Shown here piece by piece: positions 13,969-26,533 of a stretch of 64,000 nucleotides of DNA. A program made the position numbers and the translations under genes. A model generated the notes under the pieces. That model saw nothing but the letters and a program-made list of their open reading frames with translations. It did not search any database and was not told the origin of the DNA. Each line of letters opens with the position of its first letter. Positions within the stretch are counted from its first letter, which is position 1. The stretch spans positions 281,542,001-281,606,000 of the forward strand of contig OZ024743.1 in NCBI GenBank assembly GCA_964016885.1. Reading direction: 5' to 3'. Source of the stretch: Eledone cirrhosa. Its lineage: Eukaryota.

Positions 13969-14175
13969 TTAACCCTTTAGTATTTACATTACTCTATATA
14001 TATTATTATATTTTCATGGTAAAGGCTTTACCTCACATAATATCGAATCTATGAGATTTTGATATTATTTATTTTGAGAATAATACCTTAACCTCAGTAT
14101 GAGTGGCCAGTTACAACAAGAAAAAGGTGAGAGAATTCTGGCTGGATACGGCCGGTTTAAGTGCTAAACGGTTAA
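13969..14175. mobile_element. piggyBac-type MITE family 1
   Basis: TTAA|CCCTTTAG(C)ATTTA...TAA(A/G)TGCTAAA(G/C)GG|TTAA; copies at about 2487-2700, 18704-18860, 30974-31192, 45900-45990, 46438-46656 and 51790-53563 (split). Confidence 0.85.
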
Positions 14176-15417
14176 AGAAGGATTGTTAAAGATAGGGTAT
14201 ATAAAATTTGAAGTTAACCCTTTTGAAACCACCCCTGGTTCTATGATATGAAACTTAATTTTAAAGTGCTTACATTTATCTAAATTTCTCCCATTATAAT
14301 TTTTTTCAATAACCTTTGATAAATTATGTTCCAAATACCAGTTTAATAATGAGTGTTATATTACTAAATTCTTTCAAGTTCTTGATTATTTTCAAAATTA
14401 TTGAGAATCACAGGCAATGACTTTCATTAGAAATATGGTAATGATAGGATTAACCAGCATTGTTATTGTCAACAACATTTTCTGTTCTAACACTGGGATT
14501 TCTCTAACAAATGTTACATAATAAGATATGCATGACTCACAAATGTGATATAATGCTTGGCTGTGAATTGGCAGAGTTAGAACATAGAACGAAATGCCTT
14601 ATAGAGTTCTGCCTCTTCTATGTTCTGAATTCAAATCCCAAGGTTGCCTTTGCCTTTCATTCTTTTGGGATTTAATAAATAAAGTACTAGTCCAGGGTGG
14701 TAGATTGCTGGAATAGTCAAAATGCCTTGCAGTATTTGTTCCTGCTCTTTGCATTATGAATTCTAGGTTGATAGACTTAATCTGCCACCTGGTTCAACAT
14801 CACCATCTAGTCTTTGGTTCTTTTTAATGGAGTCTATTCTGTTGCAAACATTTGGGTTTGAGGATAATTTCCTTTTTCCCAATGTCTTAGAGGCTCTGAA
14901 AAAATAAAGGGTCATGAGCACTACCTTTCTGTCCATGACTAAATAGTAAAGAAAAATATGGAAATAATAGGTGTAATCAATTCCTATACTCTTTAACTTT
15001 TTACTCCTTTTATGACCAGATTGTTTATGGAAATATTCTTTCTGTATGTTTCAGTTAATTTAAGAAATTACCCACATGTCATAAATGGCAATTAAAGTGG
15101 TTGGTGTAAAACACTGCCTCAAAAAATCCCATCCAACCCATGCCAGCATGGAAAAGTGGACATAAAAATGATGAACTAATCAAACATTTTAAAGGATTAA
15201 ATATAATAACTTTTTTTATTAAGTTGGTGTTTGTGTCATAACTTAAGTTACAGGCTTTTAGATAAAATGAATACACAAAAATATGAGTTCTTTAAAATGA
15301 CCAGTTTGTATCACACAACCAGAGGTGGTATTAGGTGGATTTGTATGAAAAGAGTTAAGTGTTCAACCACATTTTTCAGATATGTTTATTAAATAATTTA
15401 TTTATTTTATTATTTAG

Positions 15418-15504
15418 GCAACATATGAATGGTTCCGTTACTACAAAGTGCCTGATGGGAAACAAGAGAATCAGTTTGCTTTCAATGGAGAAGCTAAAAA
15501 TAAG
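15418..15504 (+). CDS. PPA1: Inorganic pyrophosphatase exon (87 nt)
   Basis: atttag| [29 protein letters not shown] |gtaaac; WFRxYKVPDGK motif. Confidence 0.96.
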
Positions 15505-16059
15505 GTAAACCATTCAACAAATCTTTCTAGCAATATGCCATGCCATGGGTTCTTAATTTCTGATAGTCACAGGGGCACCGTAATGATTTAAACCTGGTGG
15601 AGCCCATCCCTCTCTAGGTCTGAACAGAGCTGAGTTTTTCCAAAGAAGAAGGAAACAGAAAAAGAGATAGAGGAAGAATTGATTCCAGTTTTAGACTTCT
15701 TATTTTATTTGACCTCAAAAAGATGAAAGACAAAATTGACTTTAGTAGGATTTGAACTTAGAGTGCATGGAACTAGAACAAATGCCACAAAACATTCTAT
15801 CTCATGTTCTAATCACTGCCATTTCATAGGAAGACCTGGGCAGGGGTGGTGAGAACTGATCTCAAATTGCTGAGACTCACAGAGGAGATGATGAAAAAAT
15901 ATGGCAAGTGGAGAGATACTGTGCTGAAAAGGACCTGTCCAACCCATGGAAACACGGATGTAAAAACGTTGATGATGATAAATATGACATATGAGAAATA
16001 CATAGAATTGTCTTTTAAATTGAAAATGGTGTTATTCTGTGAATGTTTATTTTGTGCAG

Positions 16060-16145
16060 GCTTATGCTATGAAGATTGTTATTGAGACTCATGAACAATG
16101 GGAGAAGCTGATGAATAAGGTGACTGATGCTGAAGGAATTCGCTG
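16060..16145 (+). CDS. PPA1: Inorganic pyrophosphatase exon (86 nt)
   Basis: gtgcag| AYAMKIVIETHEQWEKLMNKVTDAEGIR-C |gtacat, ends phase 2. Confidence 0.92.
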
Positions 16146-16498
16146 GTACATATATTTACATATACATTATATATATATATTTTTAGAAACTACTGTGAAA
16201 ACTCCACAAGGTTTAGAATATTTAACTATCTTGTAATCATATTCCAAAGAAAATACATTGTCTTGGTGTTTCAATTAATTTTGAAAATTAAATATTTGGA
16301 GGAATTTAGGAGAAAAACCTTTTTCAATATCAACCTGCTATTTAGAACATAGCTAACCAAAATGTTTTTACCTAGAATTATTTTGGAAGGTTTTATATTT
16401 AAATATCAATATTTTAAAACAGACAGTTTTGTATCATAGAACTCAAAATGGGCTCAGGTGGGTTGGTATGGAAACATACAATAAACATTTTGATAGAG

Positions 16499-17688
16499 AA
16501 GCAGGGACTAGAAAGAAAGGGTCTCAAAGTCAACATGACAAAGACTAAGGTCCTTGTAAGTAGACGAGAAAACAGAACCCAGATCCCCTCAGGGAAATGG
16601 CCTTGGTCAGTGTGTAGGTAGGAACTCCATTCTCTGCCCCAAATGCAAACAATGGGTCCACAAGAGATGTAGCGGGATCTCAGGAAGCTTAATTAAGAAT
16701 GTAGGCTTCACATGCAGCAGCTGTGCTGGGACAGTAAGCAGCAAACAGCCACAGGAAACAAGTACCACCAATCTCTGGGAGGGCTCTGTAGAAACAGTAG
16801 ACAGCTTCTGCTACCTAGGTGACCGAATTAGCAGCGGAGGTGGGTGTTCAGAAAGTACAATAACTAGGGTAAGAACGGGATGGAAGAAGTTTAAGGAATT
16901 ACTATCACTGCTAGCTGCAAAAGGCTTCTCCCTCAAAATGAAAGGCAGACTGTACGATGCGTGTATCCGAACAGCGATGTTGCATGGTAGTGAGACCTGG
17001 GCGCTGCAGGTGGAAGACTTACGTAGATTAGAGAGAAACGAAGCCTGCATGCTCCGATGGATGTGTAATAGTAATATACGCGAACGACAAAGCATAAATG
17101 AATTGAGAGAGAGACAGCATAAGAGGAATCAAATGCTGTGTGCAGGAGAGGCGGTTGCATTGGTATGGACATGTGATGCGTATGAAGGATGACAGCTGCA
17201 TAAAAAGGTGCAGAGCACTAGAAGTCGATGGAAACCGCGGTGTGGGGGAGACCCAAGCTGACCTGGGATGAGGTGATAAAAGCCGACCTTACCCAATTAC
17301 ACCTCTCAAAGGCAATGACATACGACCGTGACCTCTGGCGTCACGCAGTAATACAGAGTACCCGACCTCCCATGGGTACAAGATGAAGCATATAGACAAT
17401 ATACCCCCACTCGCCCCACTGCAAGGTGGTCGTGGAGGTGCCACGGCAAAAAAAAGCACCCAGCCCACACTGTAAAGTGAACGTGTAGGCGCCACGAAAA
17501 AGCACCCAGCACTCACTGTAAATGAGGTTGGTGTTAGGAAGGGCATCCAGCTGTAGAAACCAAGCCAGATCAGTTCCTGTATGAGCAAGGCATGGTCAGC
17601 CGACCAGACACTGCCTACAACAGGACAACCTGTCTAACCCATGCTAGCGTGGAAGAACGGACGTAAAACGGTGGTGATGATGATGATG
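16499..17688 (+). mobile_element. 5'-truncated RTE LINE (subfamily of 51817-53356)
   Basis: MKGRLYDACIRTAMLHGSETW; same 3' UTR and (GAT)n tail. Confidence 0.92.
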
Positions 17689-18192
17689 GAGAGACTTTCT
17701 AGCTATGGTTTAATCCTTCTGTGATCAAACTGTTTCAATTACTCTGTCTATAACACATAAAGTAAGTCATAGAAAACTATTTATTTAACTGATTTTGTCA
17801 TATTACAGCTGTTGCTTGCAATCAAGGATGATTTTATAGCATGTACCATGCAGTGCTAATAATTTAAAGTGACCATGTAGTTGGGAGCAAATACAGACAC
17901 TGTCCCACTATTGACTCAGTAGAACATCCAGGATGTAAGAGGGAGAGTGGGCTGGACCAACATTGAACTGGTGCTTTGTTTACTGACATTAAAAGGAAGA
18001 CAGGCAATGTAAACCTAGTTGGGATTTGAACTTGGAATAGTGAGATCCAGAACAAATATCACAATTACATTCTATCTGATGTCCTAATGACTCTGCTAAC
18101 TGACTGCCTTGATTTGGTCATTAGATCTTATAACAATTCTTCGAAAATTCACCCCACCACACACACACATACATATAATATAAGTTTGTTGC

Positions 18193-18421
18193 TTAACCCT
18201 TCTATTACAATATTTTCAATGAAAAATTCTGCCTAATTTTAAAATAATCAAGAATTTAGTTATATAACTAACTTTCTAATTATCAAGGTGGTGTTTGGAG
18301 CATAACTTAACAATTGTTCTAGCATAAAATTATGATGGAAGGTTTTAAACACTTTAAAAATTGAACAGCTTGCTATCATAGAAACAAGAAATTTCAAACA
18401 GTTTAGTATCAAAAGGATTAA
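18193..18421. mobile_element. piggyBac-type MITE family 2 (older, diverged)
   Basis: ttaacccttt..tac.atatttc start and gtatcaaaagg.ttaa end; similar copies at about 2050-2280, 3772-4016, 14214-14455, 14990-15358, 32454-32685, 56814-57342, 62308-62663. Confidence 0.7.
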
Positions 18422-18500
18422 ATTGTTTGTGAATGACGCTATTGTATAAAACAAAAGATATGAAGTTTAAAGTGAATGTTATAAAATCTTGTGATTACAG

Positions 18501-18570
18501 TGAGAATACAGCTGTTGCTAACAGTCCATATACCATAACAAAAGATGAAGCACAAGCTGTCGTTGATGGC
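18501..18570 (+). CDS. PPA1: Inorganic pyrophosphatase exon (70 nt)
   Basis: ttacag| (C)ENTAVANSPYTITKDEAQAVVDG |gtaagt; phase matches the previous exon. Confidence 0.9.
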
Positions 18571-18940
18571 GTAAGTATAATTTATCAATAATCGATATTA
18601 TGTGACCATATTTCTAAATTATATACACTTCCTATGTCTCCATGAATTTTTAAAGTAATAAGGAATTTTGATGGATTTAGTAAAGTAATCAGTTTTTTCA
18701 TTGTTAACCCTTTAGCATTTAAACCGGCTGTATCCGGCCAGAATTCTCTCATTTCTTTCTGTTTAAACTGATGTTAAGGTATTGTTCTCAAAATAAATAA
18801 CATCAAAATCTCAGAGATTCAATATTATGTGAGATAAAGCCTTTACCGTGAAAATATATGCAGGGGCTCCCTGAGATTTTTCAAGGTTCTACAAGGGTAA
18901 AAAGTTTAGACTAATTCCATTTGTATCTATTTCTTTGCAG

Positions 18941-18980
18941 GCTCCTGAAGTTGGTTCTGCTACTCCACTACCAAGTGATG
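18941..18980 (+). CDS. PPA1: Inorganic pyrophosphatase exon (40 nt)
   Basis: ttgcag| APEVGSATPLPSD-V |gtaagt. Confidence 0.85.
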
Positions 18981-20053
18981 GTAAGTAATTTTCGCTGGAA
19001 TCTTTCATATAACTTCAGCATCTCACCCTCTTTTAAATTTTTCTCTTCTATGCCTATTTTTATCAGAGCCTTGGAACTTAAGAGACATTAGTCTCATTCT
19101 AGTTTTGTATTGGGGTGCTGTAAACACATTCTAGGAAGCCATTTCAGCATTTACACCATTTGTTTCCAATACAAATATCTTAAGTGGGATAGAACAAATT
19201 GGTGCATTGGAAGAAGTTTTTAAAAGTCTCTTCTGTTATCCTGTTGTAGTTATATTTTCTCTCTATTGTCACATCATAAGGTGGTGGTTTAGTAGAATCA
19301 TTAGAGCATTGGACAAATGCTAAGCAGTATTTGTTTCAGCTTTTGACATTCTGAAAAATAAAGTTCCAGACTAATACTGGGGTCAATTTAATCAGCTTTC
19401 CTCTCTGCCAAATTGTTGGCCTTATGCCTAAATTGGAAAACATTATGTCATGTTACTATGATTCACACTAATGCAGGTTTAACCAATCTTCTATGAGGTT
19501 GCATCTCATAGAAGGTTTATTCAGTGTTTTAATGATGGGGATAAATCCTATCGTGTTACTTCATAACTCTAAAAAAGATAGTAAACTTTTACAACTAGAT
19601 TGATTCTTGAAAATGCAAAAAAAAACAAGGACTGCTTCTTCCTTAACCAGGAACAGTACTTATTATAAAGACAAATCCAACCTGAATAAATTAAAATAAT
19701 TAAAGGAGTTACCAGTCATCTGGTGTTTGTTTTTGCTAGAAACTTGAAGTAAGGGTACTATGAAATGTTGGTTCCAAATATCACCATCACCGTTTAACGT
19801 CCATTTACCATGCTTGCATGGGTTGTCCATGTCATAAGACAAGTCAAGCCAGATCGGCCATATAATAGAAACACAGGCATGGCTGAATTGTTAAGGAGTT
19901 CGCTTCATAACCAGTTGGTGCTGGGTTCAATCCCGTTGCATGGCACCTTGGACAATTTTCATCTACAATAGCCTTGGATTAACCAATCCCTTGTGAATGG
20001 AATTTAACAGACCAAAATTGTAGAAGCTTATATATATATATTTATGTTTATGT

Positions 20054-20330
20054 GGCACATGGCTTAGTGGTTAGAGCATTGGCCTTGCAATCGAAAGGTT
20101 TTGAGTTCAATTCTCAGACCGGGTGATGTGTTGTTTCCTTGAGAAAGACACTATTTCACATTGCTCCAGTTTACTCAGCTGTAGAAATGAGATGATAGGG
20201 GCTGGGGTCCATATCATTCCACTGCAAAGTGGTCGTGGAGGTGCCGCAGGAATCAGTTCCCGTCCCACTCTTGCAAGCAGGGAAAAGCGGACGTAAAATG
20301 ATGATGATGATATGTCCTGTAACATAACAG
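20054..20330 (+). mobile_element. SINE family A copy with internal deletion
   Basis: tRNA head intact; body lacks the ttaggaagggcatccagctg segment. Confidence 0.85.
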
Positions 20331-21172
20331 TTTGACAAAAAAAGAGATCATTAAAATAAGTACAAGACTTAACAAAATAATTACTTGGGTCGATATGCTA
20401 GACTAAAGGGAATGCTCCAGCATGTTCAGTCTGACTGAAACAAAAGAATATATATATATTCTTTTACTTGTTTCAAAATAGCTGACTGAATATGCGTTTG
20501 TTCTTTTCTCAATTCTTTTCCCATTCCTTTCTCTTTCATCTTTTATTTCTCATTCTATCTCCTGATGAAAGACTAGTGTCTTAAACGTTAAGATTCTTTT
20601 ATTATTCCAAATGTTAAACTTCATTGTACTGTGTGTCGTTTGCATTGTTATTTCTGTTTACTTTTTACGCATACATATATATAGTAAGCATGACTCAGCT
20701 ACAAGAAACCAGAGCTATTTCATTTACTTTGGAAATGCATGAACTTCACAGCTTGCATTCCTCACATCTTGAACTCAAGAGAACTGATCAGCCATGTAAT
20801 GACAATCATGTGATGTATTAGAACCTCTGTGTGCGTGTGCATGCATTTAAAATAGGTAAACTATATCCCTGTGTATTGAACATTGAAACCTCTTATAGGG
20901 TATGTAAGGCTTTATTTAAAGAGGGAAAAATGGCTTTAAAATACTTGTAAATATAATATATAAAGTTGTTTAACCAAAGATCATCCCATCACATTTTTTA
21001 GGTAGAATGCACCTGTGGCTTTTTTTTTTTTCGACAGTAAGGTGTGATTGGGAGATTCTGCTGCTATTTCGAGCATGTTGAATGACTACATAGAGGATAT
21101 CTTTCTTGTTGGTTTGTTTATTGAGGCTTTGTTACTTTTTGTGTTAAAAATTGTTTCTCTCTCTCTTTTCAG

Positions 21173-21201
21173 TGGACCAGTGGCATTATGTAACCAAGTA
21201 A
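21173..21201 (+). CDS. PPA1: Inorganic pyrophosphatase last coding exon
   Basis: Polypyrimidine tract ctctctctcttttcag| (V)DQWHYVTK*; matches the VDxWxx C-terminus of animal PPases. Confidence 0.9.
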
Positions 21202-21338
21202 GAGATCTAAATAGATGGTATATTATATATATACATTATATACACACAGACACACAAACATATAGTGGCAACAGTTCTTGTTGTTTTGATTCATATCCAG
21301 CTAAATAGATAATTTTTTTCATCCATTAGATCTTGTTT

Positions 21339-21344
21339 AATAAA
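21339..21344 (+). promoter_or_regulatory. Candidate polyadenylation signal for the PPase gene
   Basis: AATAAA about 140 nt after the stop, followed by T-rich sequence; the AT-rich context makes chance occurrence possible. Confidence 0.4.
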
Positions 21345-23322
21345 TTATTACCAGTTTATCTAAAAATGTCTTCCTTTTAACTTCTTGCATTGTATTACCT
21401 CAACTCACCTTTTCTTATTGTTTAGAGCAAGTAGGGCAGTGGATTGACTGAGTTGTTTGAGCGTCAAATGTTTAGTAGTAATTTTCCAGCTCTTTACATT
21501 CTGAGTTCAAATCCTTCCGAGGCCCATTTCACCTTTCATCCTTCCAACGTCAATAAAATGAAATATCACTCAATTACTGGTGTCGTTATAATCGACTTTT
21601 CCCTCACCAAAATTGTTCGCCTTATACCTAAATTAGAAATAATTATTTTGAGTAAGTGGGGGAAAATTTATATTTTTTCCTATCGACAGGTTGTACTTTT
21701 AAAGATAAAATTTTAAATGTTATTTTATTAACTTTAGGGTCTTGTTAATAGTTAATTTTAATAACTCATCTCCCCCTTATTTCTTCCTTGCCCATTTGGC
21801 AGCTTATTCCATATTTTTACCTAGAAATCATTCTAATTGAAACCAAATATAGAATATATTTTAATGTCTACTATTCCATCTATTTCCAGGCTGTCTTATA
21901 TAAAGTTGAAAAGTGCTCTTTGAGTAAATTTTTGGTTTGTTCACAGAAGGGAACATTTATGGGATTATTAAATTAGAAAATAAATTATATATGAGTACTT
22001 AAAGTGTTAAGAAATTGTGATTGATGCATGGTATTTATTCATTGAGAAAAGTGGTTATTTAGTAGATAGATTTATAATAAAAAACATTGCATCTTTTCCC
22101 CGATACCCAAAACTACACGAGATAGTCAGCATTTCTAAGACAATGTGGTGTGATTTGAGGGAGATTTTATTGCTATTTCTAGTTGTTTTAGTATATTTTA
22201 TATAGCTGCTGATTTGATTTTCAGCTAAACAAGCTTAATCTACATCACTGATCACAGTACTGCTGTTAAAAAAACCTTTGAGATATGGCAAAGCTATGGA
22301 TGTATTTTATGTGTATGTCAGAATTCTTTATATTATATTGAAAAAAAAAACAGGTTGTATTGTAAGGAGTGTGTTGTGGACATGTACAAAACTGCCTCAA
22401 AGTTTTGCCCAGCCCAAGTAAAAACAATGATTCATCATTGTTTAATGTCCACTTCCCCTGCTAGCAAGGGTTGGGTGGATTTACATAGACTAAGTCAGTA
22501 CTGAAACGAGGTTACTGACCTCACAGATAGGCCAGGAAGGTCTGAATCTCACTTATGTATATAGTCTTATATTTTATTGAGTACACAGGGCAGGTTGCCA
22601 TGTATTTGACACATCTGAAGAATCCTCCAACCCTTTGGCAAGTTTTCTACAGCTGGATGCCCTTTCTGTCACCTGATTATATATATCCTTTTATATTTAT
22701 TTTTTACTGGTTTCAATAATTAGACTGGGTATGCTGCATCTCTATTTGTTCAACTGCTAAGTTACAGGGCATAAACATTCAGTAAACATAAACAGACACA
22801 CATGACAGGGTTTTTGCAGGAGAAAGAGACATTGGATAATGTAATCTTAGATATAACTGTTGCTTAAAAACAAAGATATGATGGTCATAGCTGGAATACT
22901 TTTGTTTAAAAGTGTTCTCAATAAGGGCTGATCTAAATCTAACAACAATTATAACCTCTGTATAACTGTGTGAACTCAGCCATGAAGAGTTGAAAAAAAA
23001 CTAATAAAAAAAAAAAAACAACTAAATCTATCAAGGAATACAGATACTTTATTTTATTTTTTATTTTTTCACAAACTTAACCTTGTGTAAACTTATTGTT
23101 CCAGAAGGTTCAGTTTATTGTTAATGGAACAACTGAAGATTAGCCTTAATTCGTTGTGTGTGTGTATAGTTAGTAGTGAGTCTTATGACAGTGCAGCAGA
23201 AATAAGATATACTAAAACACAGATATTAAAAACAAATCCAATCCTAATAGAAAACGTGAAACCCCAAAAACCCAAATAGAAAAATGCGAAAGAAAGAAAG
23301 AATATGTGCAACAAAAGACTAT

Positions 23323-23520
23323 TTAACTCTTAATATCCTGTAATGATTTTGAAGGAAATATATAAAAAACATGTTTATAGTATCTTTACCAGTGGACAGA
23401 TCATTGTAAAAATTTACAATATTGAAGTCAAAACTTCAACTTTAAATGTAATGCAGTCATAATGCTGTTTTGTACTTTTCAAGAATGTGGTTTCATGCAA
23501 TACAGGCTATTAAGAGTTAA
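23323..23520. mobile_element. TTAA-flanked MITE family 3; second copy at 58982-59196
   Basis: TIR ttaactcttaatatcctgta / tacaggctattaagagttaa; shared internal sequence between the copies. Confidence 0.75.
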
Positions 23521-24679
23521 AAAAAGAAAAACTGAAAACAAAAAGAAACAGGACCTCAACCAGTTTTGACATGAATGAGAAGAAAATAAGTAGAACTGAA
23601 CTAAAACAGATAAATATCTATACTATCACAGGTATAACAGAATTTTTCCAGTAGGCAAACAGTTCAGTTGAAAGGTTAATATAAAATTGGGTGAATTTTT
23701 AAAATCAAATGGTTAAAAAAAAATTAGAGAAGACGGAAATAAAATCTCAACGAAATTAAGCACTTACAACATGGAAGAATAATTTTAGTCATTCAAAAAC
23801 AGTTAACTTCATTTTACATTTGTATATTTTTTGGTGTCAAAATGTTTGTGATCATTACCAGTGACTGGGTTACAAACAGTGCAACAAGTTTTACACCAAG
23901 AAATAAATGATAAATGTAAAATTTAGTTAACAGTTTTTTTTTGTTTTTGAAATGACTCATGTAGTTGCTTTACTTGTCACACAATGTCTCAGATAAGTAC
24001 AACTCCGAAAAAAAAAAGTGTGGGGGGGGGGGGTGTGTGTGTCAGAATTCAACAAAAAGTAACTGACATACAAAGTTAATATTAAAAACAAATTGTGGTT
24101 TTGAATTTGGATTTAGTTTTAAATTTTACCTGCTGTTCTCTTAATTTTAGTTTATTATAAAAACATTGAAGGTTTAACAAATTTGATATTTCAAACTAAA
24201 AAAATTAGAATTTGTATCTATGATTAAAATATTGTTGACCTTTTAAAAGATTATTAATCATGTAAGTTGATTACAGAATTAATGAACGTTATAAATCAGT
24301 TAAATTATACGAGTTTAGCCAAGTGAAGCATCAGTTTGTTTCGTAGATCTGACCATGATTTCAAAACATTTGATAAATGAATTTTTAAAAAATTGTTATT
24401 GTTGACAGTCAAACTCACTTGCCAGTAACACGGGATTATCTCACATATTAATTTTGTTGTATATCAGGAGTAATATAAACATTGGTTGTCTCCCTTAACG
24501 ACTTCTTATCTTCCCTTCGTTTATCCCATATATTATTCCAATTAGTTGAAGTGATGGTGGTAGTGAGGGATTAGATTTTTCTTTTCCTTTGCTTATTTTT
24601 TTTTATAGTTTTTTTTTTTTTTTTTTTTTTACATAATTGTGTAATAAAGGAATGAAAAGTGCGAGAGAGTAGATTTCCA

Positions 24680-24825
24680 TCATCTCTTGCAAGACTTTGC
24701 CAATCTCCGCATCTGTTTCTCTACAATGGGTTTAAGTGGAAATATAACAACATTGTTGTCAAGACGAACGAGACCCTTTTCTTCGAATTTTTGTCCAGCT
24801 TTCATTCGCATTAATACCCGGCGCC
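24680..24825 (-). CDS. TEP/A2M-like last coding exon
   Basis: tttcag| (G)RRVLMRMKAGQKFEEKGLVRLDNNVVIFPLKPIVEKQMRRLAKSCKR* (TGA at 24682-24680). Confidence 0.85.
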
Positions 24826-26012
24826 CTGAAACAAAGACACAAAATTCAATATTTATAGGTTTGGGACTTTAACCCTATTTTTAGAAGATATTTAACTTTA
24901 TGAATATTATTGTTATATATAGTTATTAATACTATTTCTAAGAAAGCAAAGTAGTGGAAGTATTGAGTTGTGTTTCATGAAATACTCCTACACTTCATGT
25001 TTATCTTTGCTTAGTGGAAACAATTATAATTTATACCCATGCTAGCCTGGAAGATGGACGTTAAACGATGATGGTAGTGCTGAAAGTTGAGGATTTGTTT
25101 TTTAGCTGGTAGTTATTCATACAAATATTTACATTTGAAGTCCTATATATATTTTAGTACCAATACTGTAATATATTGCATTAGTGTGCATTCACAGTTA
25201 TGAAGGATTCAATATTGGGTTCAGTTAAATAAATAGAATTATTTTAATTAAGTTGAAGGGACAGTTCTAGATTAAGATTAACTGCAGCTTCATCATCATT
25301 ATTTTTATATCTGTTTTTCCATGCTGGCAAGGTTTGGACAAGACTTTTTTAAAGCTGTCTTCTATAGCTGGATACTCTTTCCGATGCCAATCCTTAGTTA
25401 TTTAAGTAAGGTACTGATCTTTGCATGACTGAATCGATGAACTGCGGAGAATACTATTTATGTGGGATATAAACAAACATTACCACCTGGCCATGACAAG
25501 TGATAGGTTTCCTTACAACTTCTGTGTACCAATTTTATTCACAAGGCCTTGGTCAGCCTGAGGTTATAGTAGAAAACACTTGAACATGAAATCATGTGGT
25601 TATGAAGCAAATATTTTAACCACAAAACTATGCCTACACCATAACCAGTTAAAAATTGCATAATTTTCATCAGGTGAACTTCAGTTAGTTATAATCTAAA
25701 ATTGTTTTTCCAATTTAATTCAAATCATCATGTCCATTTTCTATGCTGGCATGGGTTGAATGGGTTTCCATGTCTTCTCTCATATGTTCCATATATTGGT
25801 ATGGTTTCTGTGGCTGGCTACCCTTCCTCATGCTAGCCACTTCACAGAATGTACTGGGTGCATTCTATCATAGCACCAGCACTATCAATTTACAGAGTAT
25901 ACTGGGTGTATTTTATTGTGGCACCAGTATTAGAAAGGTTGCCAGCTACTTGACAAGACTAAAGGAACTTGACTAATTTATAGAATAAAAGTGAATACAG
26001 TGTCAGTCTTAC

Positions 26013-26156
26013 CTCTTCCCATTATGCAAGCACATTCACAGGATTTACTTAATTTGGGGACAATCAACATTTTAACTTGTAATTTTTTCACTGGTCGTAG
26101 ATCTGCCATAACTCGTATTAAATTTTCTTTGTTCTTTCCAGTAGATATTTTATAAA
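26013..26156 (-). CDS. TEP/A2M-like exon, NTR/C345C-like domain
   Basis: tccaag| (V)YKISTGKNKENLIRVMADLRPVKKLQVKMLIVPKLSKSCECACIMGR-G |gtaaga. Confidence 0.85.
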
Positions 26157-26533
26157 CTTGGAAAAATAAATATTGACAGTAATATACATAAAATTTTGAC
26201 AGTAATATGCATGAAGAGGTTTTCATAAGCAAGTTATATTTTTGATTATCTAAGCAACTGGTAGGCAGAAACTCCCTTTGGGGATTGTTTAAATTACAAG
26301 TAAGTGAGACAACTCTCACTAAAATCAATTGATTGAAAATTTTGGATTATATAGTCAATGCTTGTAAGAGTGGATATGTTTTGGATTTATTAGACCTTCT
26401 CAGCTGGCAAGACTAACAGTGATCACTATATTTAGATGATGGTCACTGGGTGAAGAAGTGCAAGATGTCAGTAGGAGGAGGACCAGCACTAACAAACCCC
26501 TTAGCCATGCCTCTCCCTCACTCATATATATAT

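Noticed and set aside
20054-20125. tRNA-like sequence with A and B boxes
   Set aside because: Acceptor stem does not close and it runs straight into a SINE body; SINE head, not a tRNA gene
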